A DNA stretch of 64,000 nt from Raillietiella orientalis (taxonomy: Eukaryota). Below the pieces are notes generated by a model. It ran no database searches and was not told where the DNA came from. It saw nothing but the letters and a program-made list of their open reading frames with translations. The stretch is from NCBI GenBank assembly GCA_036172245.1, contig JAYWIR010000072.1:1-64000 (forward strand). The letters are read 5' to 3'. Positions 12,441 to 24,165 of the stretch are shown here, one piece after another (the stretch's first letter is position 1; every line of letters begins with the position of its first letter). The position numbers were made by a program, and so were the translations under genes.

Positions 12441-13519
12441 CTACAAAGAAAAAGGATTCGGTGACACTTTATCACCCGAAGGGACACATAGAGTACTAAA
12501 CTTCGCAGTTACGAAAAATGGCTGCAAACAATTTCCTTACAGTCAAAGGAAAGCTTGCGAAAAAAATTCACACAAAAGAAGTGTGTTGAGCTGTATACAC
12601 AGCTAGAACAAAAAGGTTTCCGCACGCCAATCACGGATTTTTGAACAGTAAACTCTTCGATTCGGTTGAGCACCATCTGTCCTCATAGAAAAGTTGCTTT
12701 TTTTCGACACTGTCGTCAAACAGTAAGCTCTCTTAGAATCCTTTTTCACAATAAAAGACTTTAAATATCCTAAGAACATTTCCAGAAAATAAAAACACTA
12801 GCATCAGCCACAACAAAGTGCGCGTAAGTGTTACAAGAACCAAGGCAAAATCAGAAACACAGTATGAAGAAAAGGGAAAGAGTAAAGGAATCATCCCATT
12901 ACAACAGGAATGCACCTCCACGCTAAGCGAAGTGCTTTTGCAAATTGCACGCTCGAGAGACCGAGCGTGTTTCTCCAAAGACAAAATCAAGCACCACTTG
13001 CCTCACAGACGTTCCTTCCATATACAATGAACTGCTTGCATACGGCAGAGAGATGGAAATACGCATCAAACATTGCGTAGAATGCTAGATTGAACATATG
13101 AAGGACTGCACAGTGAGCAAAATCAACTTGACGAAATACATTGCACCAATCAATAGACTAGAAACGCTAACAGAAAAGCGAGCCGTTCTAGGGAACATGC
13201 AACAAAATTCATGGTGCCTCTTAAGAAAACTCTTTCGTTCAGCACCAAAGCTGTATCCATGAAGCAAACTGAGTGAAGGAACAAACGAAACACGCTGCAA
13301 AGAACCTCACTAACCATACACACAGAGAGATGGGGCAAACGCACTGCTATAACAAAGATCCAATTTACGGTCTAAGCACTCTCAAGAAATAAATTCAGAG
13401 CAAAAAAAAACTACACCTTTCCCTAACTTGCGCCTACAAGATTAAGAGTGCCTCAAATAAGGCAACTCCTAACAGAGGGAAGAAAGATTGAAGAAGCTGT
13501 ATGCCGAAATACAGATGAA

Positions 13520-16425
13520 TTTCCTTACAACGGTGAAGAGTAGTCCACACAGCATCCTGCCTTGCGAAACTTCACACGGGATGAGTCCTAATAAGGAATG
13601 CCGCGTTCTAAAGGAATAAACCTCTGTTTCTACAGAAATGCAAACTTGCGCAGACTTCAAACCAATAAGAACCGTGCTCAACACTTGCAACGAGATGAGT
13701 CACACAAGTCAAGCGCCCACAGCTTATGAAATCATTTCACTTCAACACATGTGATTCAAACATCCAGGAATCCCAGCTGTAGGAAAGTTTGCTGCCAGAC
13801 GGAGAAGCAAAGCGGGTGCAGACAGGAAACGACAAGCTGCCTACAGCACATAAAAAAACTGTAATAGCAATTTATCGTTCCATGAGGCCACACGGCAAAG
13901 AACTACATGGAGCTTCTCCGAACGTATTAAACGCTGAGTCTCTGCAACGGTTTCCACTCACGAGACGTGCAAGAAGAAATCAGGTTGCTTCGAAAATGAT
14001 GTCCATGGCAGCGCGATAAATCCGAAACATCCGGTCCACAGCTAGAAAAGGATATGAAAACGGAATAGAAAGCAACCGGAATTCGATGAAGTTTCTCTAA
14101 TTGAATCACATGCAGCTGGATGCAACATACTGGACAGTACGAAGCAAGACGCCGGAAGATGTTCTTCTGCTTGAACATCACGAAAAAGTTATCTAAAACT
14201 CCTATCTAAACACTTATCTGCCTTGCGTTATTCGTTTTGTGTTTCAAGCGCTACTCACCCAATATCACTTAGGTGTGCTACGATGATGCTTAATTTTTTA
14301 TAAGATAGGTAACAAGCGTACCGTTTTTCTCCCAGAATCTCAGCAGCTGCTGCGTGTATGCTCTCACCAGATACATGTCCCGATAGATGCACGAGATAGC
14401 CAAGATACCCTACACATCGCTACCCGGTCATCCAGCACCACTTTGCGGAAATTTTGCGTTGTTGAAGCCGTCATTCGCGGAGCGGTTGTCCTCCAAAGAA
14501 GGTAATGGAAACATAAGTAACATTCGCCATAAACCGTGCCCTTGTTCTCCTTGCTTCCAATCTCTTTGTAGTTTTCCAAGCAGTAAAGGGGCGATAGAAG
14601 AGCCGATAGAAGAGCATCGTGCATTAAGCTGTTAGAAGGTTAGATTCGATTCAGTGTTCAGCCTTCACAGTTTCAGTTCTTACAGCTTCATTGGAGCTCA
14701 TAAATTGAAAGTCTCCTGCATCATCCGAAGAATCAGGAACGACCGTTTCCGGCGGACAAACCGGAATAGAACCCAATGCAGCTTACCAGCGAGAGTTAGC
14801 TCACAGCGTTCAAGTACAAAACAAGAAGCAAGAAGAGTAGTAAAAAAAAAGCAAATGAACATTCACTACAACGGGGGCTTTATCGTAAGTGAATAAACAG
14901 AGGAAAGCAAAGTACTCCTTAACACGCAAATGAACGAGATGCTTCAGCTACGAAGCAGACCACCTGAATGTAGAGTCGAAAGTGCCTGAAGATGCTACTG
15001 CACATACATCGACTCATACATGCAGCGAAAAACTAAAAATGCACCAATCTTTAAAGGGAACGGATCATGATCCGAAAGGCTTCCCTGCATAGGCTAGCAA
15101 CTCTTCTACAGCTGAAGTCTTCTAGGCCGACGACAGTCGCTCATAAGTGGAACGCTGGTTCTTCCTGTTAAAAGAAACTAAAGATTCAAGTGAAAAGGAA
15201 ATGATTGCAAACGAGATTTCTGCTGAACGAGGAGAGACGAGCAAGTTTCGTCGATGACGATCCACCAGCAAAGAGTTTGCATTTCAGCAAAGCGTGGTCA
15301 TAAGAGGTTAATCTCTTAAAACTTAGATGTGATAGTCGCTTGGTGAAACGTTGTAATAAAACTCCTGACGCTAAAAATACACAGGGTTTCCCATGACGGA
15401 GACGGATCCATAGGATGCTTGCTCGAAGGGACAGCAGAGTGACTATTCCATTCTCAACGCTTTCAATGAACAAATTCCTCAATAGACTAATAAATAGCCT
15501 TGGAGTCTAGTAAGATGGAGCAGTGATTTCTGGCGATCTTATTTAGATTGTATTCGCAGTTTTTGTCAAGTGTAACCATACAGCAGAGCGAAGCCGTGCT
15601 GAAGCATTCGGTTTTACTCCCGTCAGCAGGAAAGGTGTAGAAAAAAAGGGAATTTAGATCGTGCCATGTAAAAACAAAGAGTTCGACTGCAACAAAATCT
15701 CGTGATTATTTAGAGTTTCTTCATTTTTGAATCTTTCTTTATTTTTCCCAGCGTATCGCATTGAATAGGCGCGTCGCAACCGAGAAGGGTCCGCAACGCT
15801 CGGCTGCCATGCAGAAATCAACATTCTGAGCAGCCTCACGTCTCAGTTTTGCCTCGCATTCGCGGCACAACTCAAAGGCGTTGCCCAGTGCTGCCAGGAG
15901 GGGAGATGTTGCGAGCTTTAGAAATTTTATCATTCGACTGCATGTCTGCATGGCGTCGCTAAAATTGTCTTGCACAAACTTTCTTACCTTTGTCGTCCAC
16001 GATGGTACCGTACAATCCACGTGAACGGTGTTGCCTCGTTCCATTTTCTCCTCCTGCTTGTCAGTTCTCATTTGTCCACCTGTATCACCCTAATGCTTTC
16101 TCCATAAGGCACCGAGAATTAAGAGCTTTCTATCCTTTCCGTCTGTCTTCTCCTCTGTTTCTTTGTTTGGATTCGAAAAGCAGCATGAAACTCACCCATT
16201 CCAAGCATTCGCAGCATTGGTCGAGAGGGCTGTCCGGAGCATCCCGTCAGGCGTGCCTTTTCGTATTGAATTGTACGCAGCAGACGAAAGATGCGTTCGC
16301 GCTCGCGATCGCCAGGATAAGCACGTGGAGCTGTCTTCATGAGGGATGCCAGAACGGGAAGGATCCAACGCTCCATAGGGATTGCGGTCATCGATGGAAA
16401 GCAGTCTCCTCTCCCGCATGTTTTC
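13520..16425. repeat. Left arm of large inverted duplication (pairs with 17902-20390)
   Basis: Reverse-complement collinearity, e.g. ORF 16119-16391(-) vs 17930-18202(+); 13621-13705 vs 20205-20290; ~14840-15250 is absent from the right arm. Confidence 0.95.
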
Positions 16426-17600
16426 CATACCTTAGGCTCGGTAAGCCAAGTGCAAATACTTTTCTACACTTAAATTTCGAAAGCGTTTTCTTCCATTGTG
16501 AGCGATCAGCGGTTGATAGCGTTTCTTTTTTCAGCAGTAAACAGCTGGAAGGAATTATCCAGGAGCTTTTCGCCCGTAACGTCTTGTCATCTGACGCGGA
16601 GATTTATTCTCTCTTATTCCTCTGTTGGCAGTGAAAGCCGAAGATAGATTCAGAGGCATCCTGCGCGGTATCTTTTTCTGTAGAGGAGCCGTATCGCAAA
16701 AACCTTTTTTCGGACGCAACTAGGAGGAGTTCGCAAAGACGCTTGCGAAAATAGATAGGAAAAAGTCTCAGATTCCATAGGCGCAACTTCTCCTTAAATA
16801 TTGGAAACTATCTGCTTGAGTTCTATTTATTTTTTCTTCCTCTTTATTCCATTTGATTTTTTCTAAATGAGTTGGTTTCTCTGGCGAATGGTTTTCGTCT
16901 GGGAAAATGGTCCGTAGCACGCTCAATCAGCAGAATTGAATTCTGCAGGCGGGAAAAGACCTTTTGATTTTCCTGTTGATTGTTTTTCCTTTACGATTTA
17001 TCTTCCGTTTCCGCAACAACTTCTCTGACCTGACCAAGTAAGAATACGCATTTTGGAGAAAAGTCTCCCCGATCCATCATGATGAATATATTTCCATTGC
17101 GAAGCAATCAAGGCCTATTCGACCTTTTAATAGAGAGTTCTTATGCTTAAATTCCATATGATATTCCTAGAGATCAATTGACTTTGCGAGATGCGGAACA
17201 CGCTGCTTACAGAGGAGTGTCTAGCCAAATTGCATTCTGCGCGCAGGAAGTCATTTGGCAATTCCTCAGAGGACGGAACAACTCACATATGACAGATGCA
17301 CTCACCTCCAGCTGAGATTTAGGGGGAGTGGTGGAAAAGATTAGAAAACCAGCTAATGCTGAAATCACGAATTCATTTTTTTCTTGCCTCTTTCAGTGCC
17401 ACCGCACCTGTGAAAAATCGAAGGTTGTTTGGAATGCACCCTGAGAGTGCAAACACAGATGTGGAGAGGCGTGTGGACTAGAGCATGCAGAAGTTTACAC
17501 TTTTTCCAGCACAGTACGTGATTTTAATCCGAACAGGAGATGAAGCTCATGCTGCCGCAATGCTGTCAACTCCTCGTTTCGGAGGTGAATTCCTTCATGC

Positions 17601-17664
17601 TTAACTCTGTGCCAGGAGTCAACATTTACATAAAGGTGAATGTTGACTCCTGGCACAGAGTTAA
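17601..17664. repeat. Perfect 26-bp inverted repeat with 12-nt loop, bounded by TTAA (MITE-like or hairpin RNA)
   Basis: ttaactctgtgccaggagtcaacatt-tacataaaggtg-aatgttgactcctggcacagagttaa. Confidence 0.95.
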
Positions 17665-17901
17665 TTTAAGGAAATGTTATTTACATAAAGGCAGTAGGAT
17701 GCATTGCTATCTTATGGTTTCCTTTTGAAAGATCAAGCGCTACCAGTGTACCACCTGCAGAAAACCTTTTCTGAGAGCGCCAGGGTACAGATTGCTTTTT
17801 ATCAGTAGAAAACAGTTGCTCAGAAAATTCCCAGTATTCGATTCTTAGCATCCATCACTTGATATGCACAGGAGTTACCCAGGAATCATTCGAATATAAC
17901 A

Positions 17902-20390
17902 AAAAACATGAGCGCACTGCTTTTCCTCGATGACAGCGATCCGTGTGGAGCATTGGAACATTACCGTTCTGTTCTCCCTTCTAAGAAGAGCGCCTCGTGC
18001 GTTGCGAGGCGGTCCGACGCGCGCACGCATCTTTCGTCTGCTGCATACAATTCAATACGAAGAGGCACGCCTGACAGGATGCTCAGGAGAGCCTTCTCGA
18101 CCTATGCTGCGAATGCTTGGAACGGATGAGTTCCATGCTGCTTTTCGAATCCAAACAAAGAAACAGAGGAGAAGGCGGACGGAAAGGATAGAAAGCTCTT
18201 AATTCTCAATACCTTAGGGAGGAAGCATTAGGGCAGTGCGGGTGGGCAAATGAGAAACAACAAGCAGGAGGAGAAAACGGAACGAAGCAACACCGTTCAC
18301 GTGGATTGTACGGTACCATCATGGACGCAAAAGGTAGGAAAGTTTAAGAAGACAATTTTAACGACGCCATGAAAACATGCAGTCGAATCAGAAAATTACT
18401 CAAGCTTGCACCATCTTTCCTCCAGGCAGCACTGGGCAACGCCTTTGAGTTGTGTGCCGCGAATGCGAGGGAAACCTCTGAGACGTGAGGCTGCTCAGAA
18501 TGTTGATTTCTGCATGACAGCCGAGCGTTGCGGACCCTTCTCGGTTGCGACGTGCCTATTCAATGCGATACGCTGGGAAAAATAAGGATTCTAAAATGAA
18601 GAAACTCTAAATGATCACGAGATTTTGCTGCAGTCGAACTTTTTGTTTTTGCATGGCACGATCTAAATTCCCTTTTTTTCTGCACCTTTCCTGCTGGCGG
18701 GAGTAAAACCAGATGCTATAGCGCGGCTTTGCTCTATTGTATGGTTACATTTGACAAGAACTGCGACTCTCATCTCATTGAGATCGGCAGAAATCTCTAA
18801 TTTATCCTACTAGACTCCCATTCTATTTATCAAGGGAGAAATTTGTTTACTGAGGGGGGCAAGGATGGAGGCGCCACGCCACTGTCCCTTCGAGGAGCCA
18901 CACTATGGATGCTTCTCCATCATGAGTGGCGCTGAGTATTTTTAGCGTCAGGAATTTTATTGCAACCATTCTCCAAGCGACCATGACAACTCGATTTTAC
19001 TTGACGAACTCCTTATGAACACGCTTTGCTGTAACTCAAACTCTTTGCTGTTGGATCGTAATGGACGAAGGTAATTATAGTTGCTTCTTGCTTCTTGTTT
19101 TGTACTTTGACGCTGTGAGCTAACGCTCTCTCTAAATTTGCATTGGCTTCTCTTCCGGTTTGTCCGCCTGAAACGGTGGTTTCTGAATCCTCGGTTGATG
19201 CTGGAGACTTTTAATGTGTGGGCTCAAATGATGCTGTAAGAACTGAGAATGTGAAGGCTGAGTTCTAAACAGCCTGCAACCATGTCTAAACTTAAGTGAC
19301 CACGCTCTTCTATCGGCGCATAACTTTTCATTACGGCTTGAAGAACTACACAGGGATTGGTGGCGAGGAGAATGAGCGCCGGGTCATTAGCGAATCTTGC
19401 TGGTGTTTTCGTGATCATCTTCGGAGGACAACCGTTTCGCGCATGACTGCTTTACCAGCACAAAAAATTTCTCAAAGTGGCATTGGATAGCCGGCAGGCG
19501 TTCCAAAGTTTATCTGGACTTTCTCGTGCTTCTCTCAGGCCATGTATATGGCAAGTGTAACCACGCAGTAGGTGCTTGCAGTGGGAACAGCTTCAGAGAT
19601 TCTGCGAGCAAAACGCTACGCTTGTAACCTATCATATAAGAAAGTAAGCGTCATCGTAGCCCATCTGAGTAATATTGGGTGAGCAGCGTTCGAAACACAA
19701 AGCGAAGCACGTAAGGTAAATAAGTGTTTAAATTTTTAGATGACTTTGTCGTGATGTTTGATCTTCTGCCGTCTTGCTTCTCACTCTCCCGTATATTGCA
19801 TCGAGTTGCATGTGATTGCAGCAGAGAAACTTCAACGATTTCCGATGGCTTTCTATTCTTTCTTCACATCCTCCTCTTGTTGTGGACCGAACGTTTCGGA
19901 TTTATCATGCTGCAACACCTTTCTTTTTTTCAGATGGAGATGATTTTCCGAGCAAGTTGATTTCTTTTTGCACGTCTCGTGACTGGAAACTGTTCCAAGA
20001 AGTTAACTTTTAAGACGTTTGGACAAGCTGCGTCAAGTTCTTCGCCGTGTGGTTACATGGAGTGGTAAATCGTTGTTAGTGTTCTCTATTGATGTGCTGT
20101 ATGCAGCTTGTCGTCTCTGCTCTGCACTCTCTTTGCTCCTCCGTTTCGCAGCATACTCTTCTACAGCTGGGATTCCCGGATCTTGGTTTCACGTGTAATG
20201 CATATGTTTGAATCATGTCTTTGCAAGTGTTGACCGCGGTTGTGATTGGTTTGCAGTCTGCGCAATTTCCTATTTGTGCGGAAGCTTGGGAACATCTCGG
20301 TAGATTCCGGCATTTGTTAATAGTACTAATTCTATGTGCACTTATCGGAGGCAAGATGCATTGGAGAATCTGGTTTTTTTCAGTAAGGAT
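17902..20390. repeat. Right arm of large inverted duplication
   Basis: Collinear reverse complement of 13520-16425; similarity is highest near the spacer and decays outward. Confidence 0.95.
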
Positions 20391-20756
20391 GATTGCCGAA
20401 GCAGGAGATGTGATCTATTACTCTCTTCAGCAGGCTTTCCACATTTTGTATTCTAGTGCTCTTTTTGTTGCTTAAGGAGGGATTTTCTAGCTGTTTTTTC
20501 CTTTCTGAAGTAAACATTTCTTCGTAGTATGGCGACTGTAGTTCGGTCTCTGTGAAACCATTTTTTTTTTCTTATTTTCCTTTAGTATAATGTGTTGTCA
20601 CTGTTGTGCATGCTTTTTTGCGTATTTGTTGTATTTCAAGTGAAGTTTTTACTACAGAGAAATTTCTTGCACCAGTTATGCATGTCGGTGTTTTGCTTTC
20701 TTTTCCAATGTTTTTTAGCCTTTTATAATGTCACTTAATTTTTTTTTTAATTTTAG

Positions 20757-21635
20757 ATTATCACTGTTGTTATGTACGGTAATACACCAAGTGACTGTGC
20801 TTGTCTCAGTAAGAACGTAACTCTGAATACGGATAGATTGATAGTGGATCTACTGTTGTTTACACGTGAGGATGGACCTTGTGTTCTCCTTTTCGACAAC
20901 ACTCTTACAAACTGCCAAATGATATATACTAATCGATTTGCTCGAACAGTTGCAAATAATTGCAGGCTGGACATCGACGTAAGTGAAGTGTACTTAGACA
21001 CCTGGTATTATGATGTCCCTAGGCGCAAGGAACTTATCCTTCGGAGTACATTAATTTTCTTCTTGAAGGTCCAGATGGTTCTTGTACCTTACACTACCCA
21101 GATAGAACTGTAACGTAAGTATTCTTTTAGATTTTCGGTTGGTTCTCGAGATGCTTTGTGTCCAGCATTTTGAGCCATGAGTATATATTTCATGTTTCCA
21201 TTCATTATGACGCATGGTGTGTGACAGTACGTACCAAATATCGTACTTACACATGTTGAATTTGAGGAATGTGTGAGGAAAGAAAGCATTTTTCTCCGTA
21301 AGAAAGCACTCCATTTCTTCGCAAGTTCCTTCTCAGATCATCCATAATTTCTGTTGTATGGGGTTGTGGTGATTCGTGTTTCTCTCGACTTCTTTTTGTT
21401 GCAGTCTTTCTGAATTCTATTGATACAACCCCTATTAGAATTGCTTGTGAGCTGTCTTTATTGAATGTGTTTTCGGATATCGATGTAGAGTATCGAATTT
21501 CCTGAAAAAAGTGATTCTCAAAAATTTTTCAGATTGAGCACAGGCCGTAATATTCAGGCAGTTCCGACCAGCCTAAGATGCAGTTGGCCCTCAGGAACAG
21601 GTGTGACGGTGAAGTTGAAGGGACAAACTGATTAA
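20757..21635 (+). CDS. Spliced gene B (3' part), unknown Cys-containing protein, paralog of gene A
   Basis: Exons 20757-20978, 21023-21114, 21166-21226, last exon 21533-21635 (TAA); introns of 44 and 51 nt; peptides NVTLNTDRLIVDLLLFTREDGPCVLLFDNTLTNC, FLLEGPDGSCTL, GRNIQAVPTSLRCSW. Confidence 0.78.
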
Positions 21636-22039
21636 AGTCGCAGCAGTTGAGTAGCTGCGTAGAATAAAGTCGCTGTAGATTTCGATTTTGTGTTTTCAAA
21701 GAATGCAAATTGCAGCTACAGAAGAGTCGCACAGCTTATAATTCCTAGTTTGGCGATGACAACTTGGAATGATGTACTCACAAAACACTTTAACATGCTA
21801 TTTGTAAACTGAAACCCTGAAAATTACAAATTGCATTAGAAACTAACAGTTCTCAGAGATGTGCCCACAACATTTTATAACCATTCGGTATTTTACGAAG
21901 TGCTTTATACAGCTATGCAGTTCACTTGTATATATTATATAACAGGTGTGGTTATTATTTATTCAAAGTCATGAGATTCGCGGCTGAAGGTTTTTTACCG
22001 CGACATATGAACCGAGACTCGTGGAGGTGATGGCTTGAA

Positions 22040-23230
22040 TGGCAAACACGGAGGCACGCAGCACGATGGAGGCCGGTGGAGAACGTGTCGACCAAACAGT
22101 TGTGCTACACACTGTCCTCTTACCGGATAAAACTAGCAAAAAGCTGGCATCCTCTCAGCAGTAGTGAGAGGAATCGAATCTCATCGCTATATGTATTTGC
22201 ATTCTGAAACGTCAACGAACTGCAGAACGGCTAGAAGAGGCGACTGTTATACAATGCCCTGAAGTTGTTCCAGCTTGTGCTCCTGTAGGAGGTGCACGTA
22301 GTCTACGAAGAGCGAGCTGCCAAAATCGAGAAACGCGCTGAGGGAACGCCACCTTTGTGTCGCAACGGCGTTCGCTAGAGATAAATTCGAGAAAGCAATG
22401 CGTGCTTTCGTTACAAGTGTAGACGATTAGAACAAGTTATCGTCAAATGGTCCGAGTCCATCGATTCCGTAGCTACAAACGTCTAAGGGCCGTGTGGCTC
22501 TAGCTGCCTTCCCAAAAGAATCGCATTTTTTTACAAAATGCAGTTTCACTGGCTGAACAGCCCATAATAGCCGCACATTTTTGCAAGTCATTTCAAATTC
22601 CTCCTGCTTTCGGACGACTGGATCTGCCCGAGAAAGTGCTTGCTAGCAATCGAAATATGCGCGTATGTGCACCCAGCCAACTTCATGGACAGCGAACCTG
22701 GGATGAAAACATTGCTATATCATTTTTTCACCGATGATAAACTGTATTCCCGCGTAGGAAGGAGAAGAAGAATGCCATCTGAGCTGTCGGATCACCACAG
22801 ATTGGAGTTCGACCTTCTCATCTTAAGAAAGGGACCTCTGTTCAACAACAGGAGGCTGCCAAGGAAATGGATTAGCTATTCGGAGGCGTCGGATCATTTT
22901 GTCAGCACCTTTGCGACTTCGTCTTCAGGAAACTCTTGGACTGTGACCATCTCAAACGATTTGTCTGCAAGCTCTGCAGCCGATTTCCTTTCAATCGCCT
23001 TCCGTGCGATTCCGGGAAAGGGATGGTCAACAGCAGAGAATTTCGGTAGGCTCTCACCTTTTCTAGAATTGAGGACGTCCAGCATCTCGCACCGTAAAAG
23101 GCGAGAACCGAGTACCAAATCTACTAGGCTGGTTCAAATTGCATGCCCGACGACTGGGACCGGAAATGCTCGACCCCAATCAATGTTTAGCAAATACATT
23201 TTCCAGGCTTTAGCCTGATGGCGGGAACGC
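22040..23230 (+). mobile_element. Old, heavily decayed LINE fragment (ORF1 end, EN, linker)
   Basis: Similar to 2440-3370; SRVGRRRRMPSELSDHHRLEF. Confidence 0.8.
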
Positions 23231-23239
23231 TTTCCGATT

Positions 23240-24165
23240 CTTGGAGCCCGAGGCAATGCTCCTGGACTCCAAAGAGCAAGCTGAGTGCAGCGTGACTGAT
23301 GCAGGGGACGGTTCTGCACCTCAATCTGCCGTGCTACTGGTTGATGCCTCGCCGGATGGAGCGAGGAACGCTCCGCCATGCTCGACGCCGTAAAGAGCGG
23401 ACTCGCATCTTCCCTCTGCGTAGGCGTGTCCTGTTGGAACGTCAACCGGCTGCAGGACGCAGATAAGTGGCTGTTGGTAGTCAAATACTTGAGCGACATT
23501 GATCTGGTCCTGCTGCAGGAGACACAGGACATCTCCAAACAAAAAGTGGACGATGTTAAAGTCCGAGCAGGCAAGATGCTCCATTAACAGAAAGGCACCC
23601 AAAATTCTTGTGGAGTCGCATTCCTTGTTCGGAGCAGGGTTGCGAAGGCGGTGTGGAACATAGGTTTCGACGGGGAAGCTCAACTGGTTCGATTCAATTT
23701 ATCTTCTCGTCACGAATGTGCATGCGCCGAGCGGAGCGGTGCGTCGTTCGGAAAGACTACGGTTACTCGGAAGTCTTCGTAGCCACTGGCTCAGCAACTC
23801 TGTCCTAGACGTGGCTCACCTCGTAGCCAGGGACTTAAACGTCCACATGCTATTTGAGAGGAGACGCCATCTGTGAACGGGTGTCTGAGCTTCTGTGCAC
23901 GCTCCGAATTTGCTAGCCCAAGATCCGGGACTCCGCCGGTTGCCTGACCATGGGTTCCTTGACGAACACTTGCTCTGTCGGTTGAATCGAAAAAGTCCAA
24001 TCCCGTCCGTGCTTTCCGACCGTGCAGGCTGGAGCTTGAGCTTGTAAAACTTTGCAAGGGTTTTCTGACGTACGTCTGGAGGAAGCCGTACGAGTGGTTT
24101 AGCATTCCGGCTGCTGCAGAGAATCTCTGCAAGAATCTGCGGGGCTTTGACGTTTGCGACCTTCG
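23240..24165 (+). mobile_element. Decayed LINE fragment (ORF1 end plus EN)
   Basis: SCWNVNRL...DLVLLQETQ; AHLVARDLN; PDHGFLDEHLLCR...PSVLSD. Confidence 0.85.

Noticed and set aside
15985..16060. FKBP-like peptide GNTVHVDCT(G)TIVDD in both arms of the inverted repeat
   Set aside because: It requires a frameshift shared by both copies, and no other FKBP motifs (FDSS, VIxGW, YG) were found.
15990..16634. 214-aa plus-strand ORF as a gene
   Set aside because: It has no recognisable motif and no ATG start, and most splice signals in this arm point to the opposite strand.
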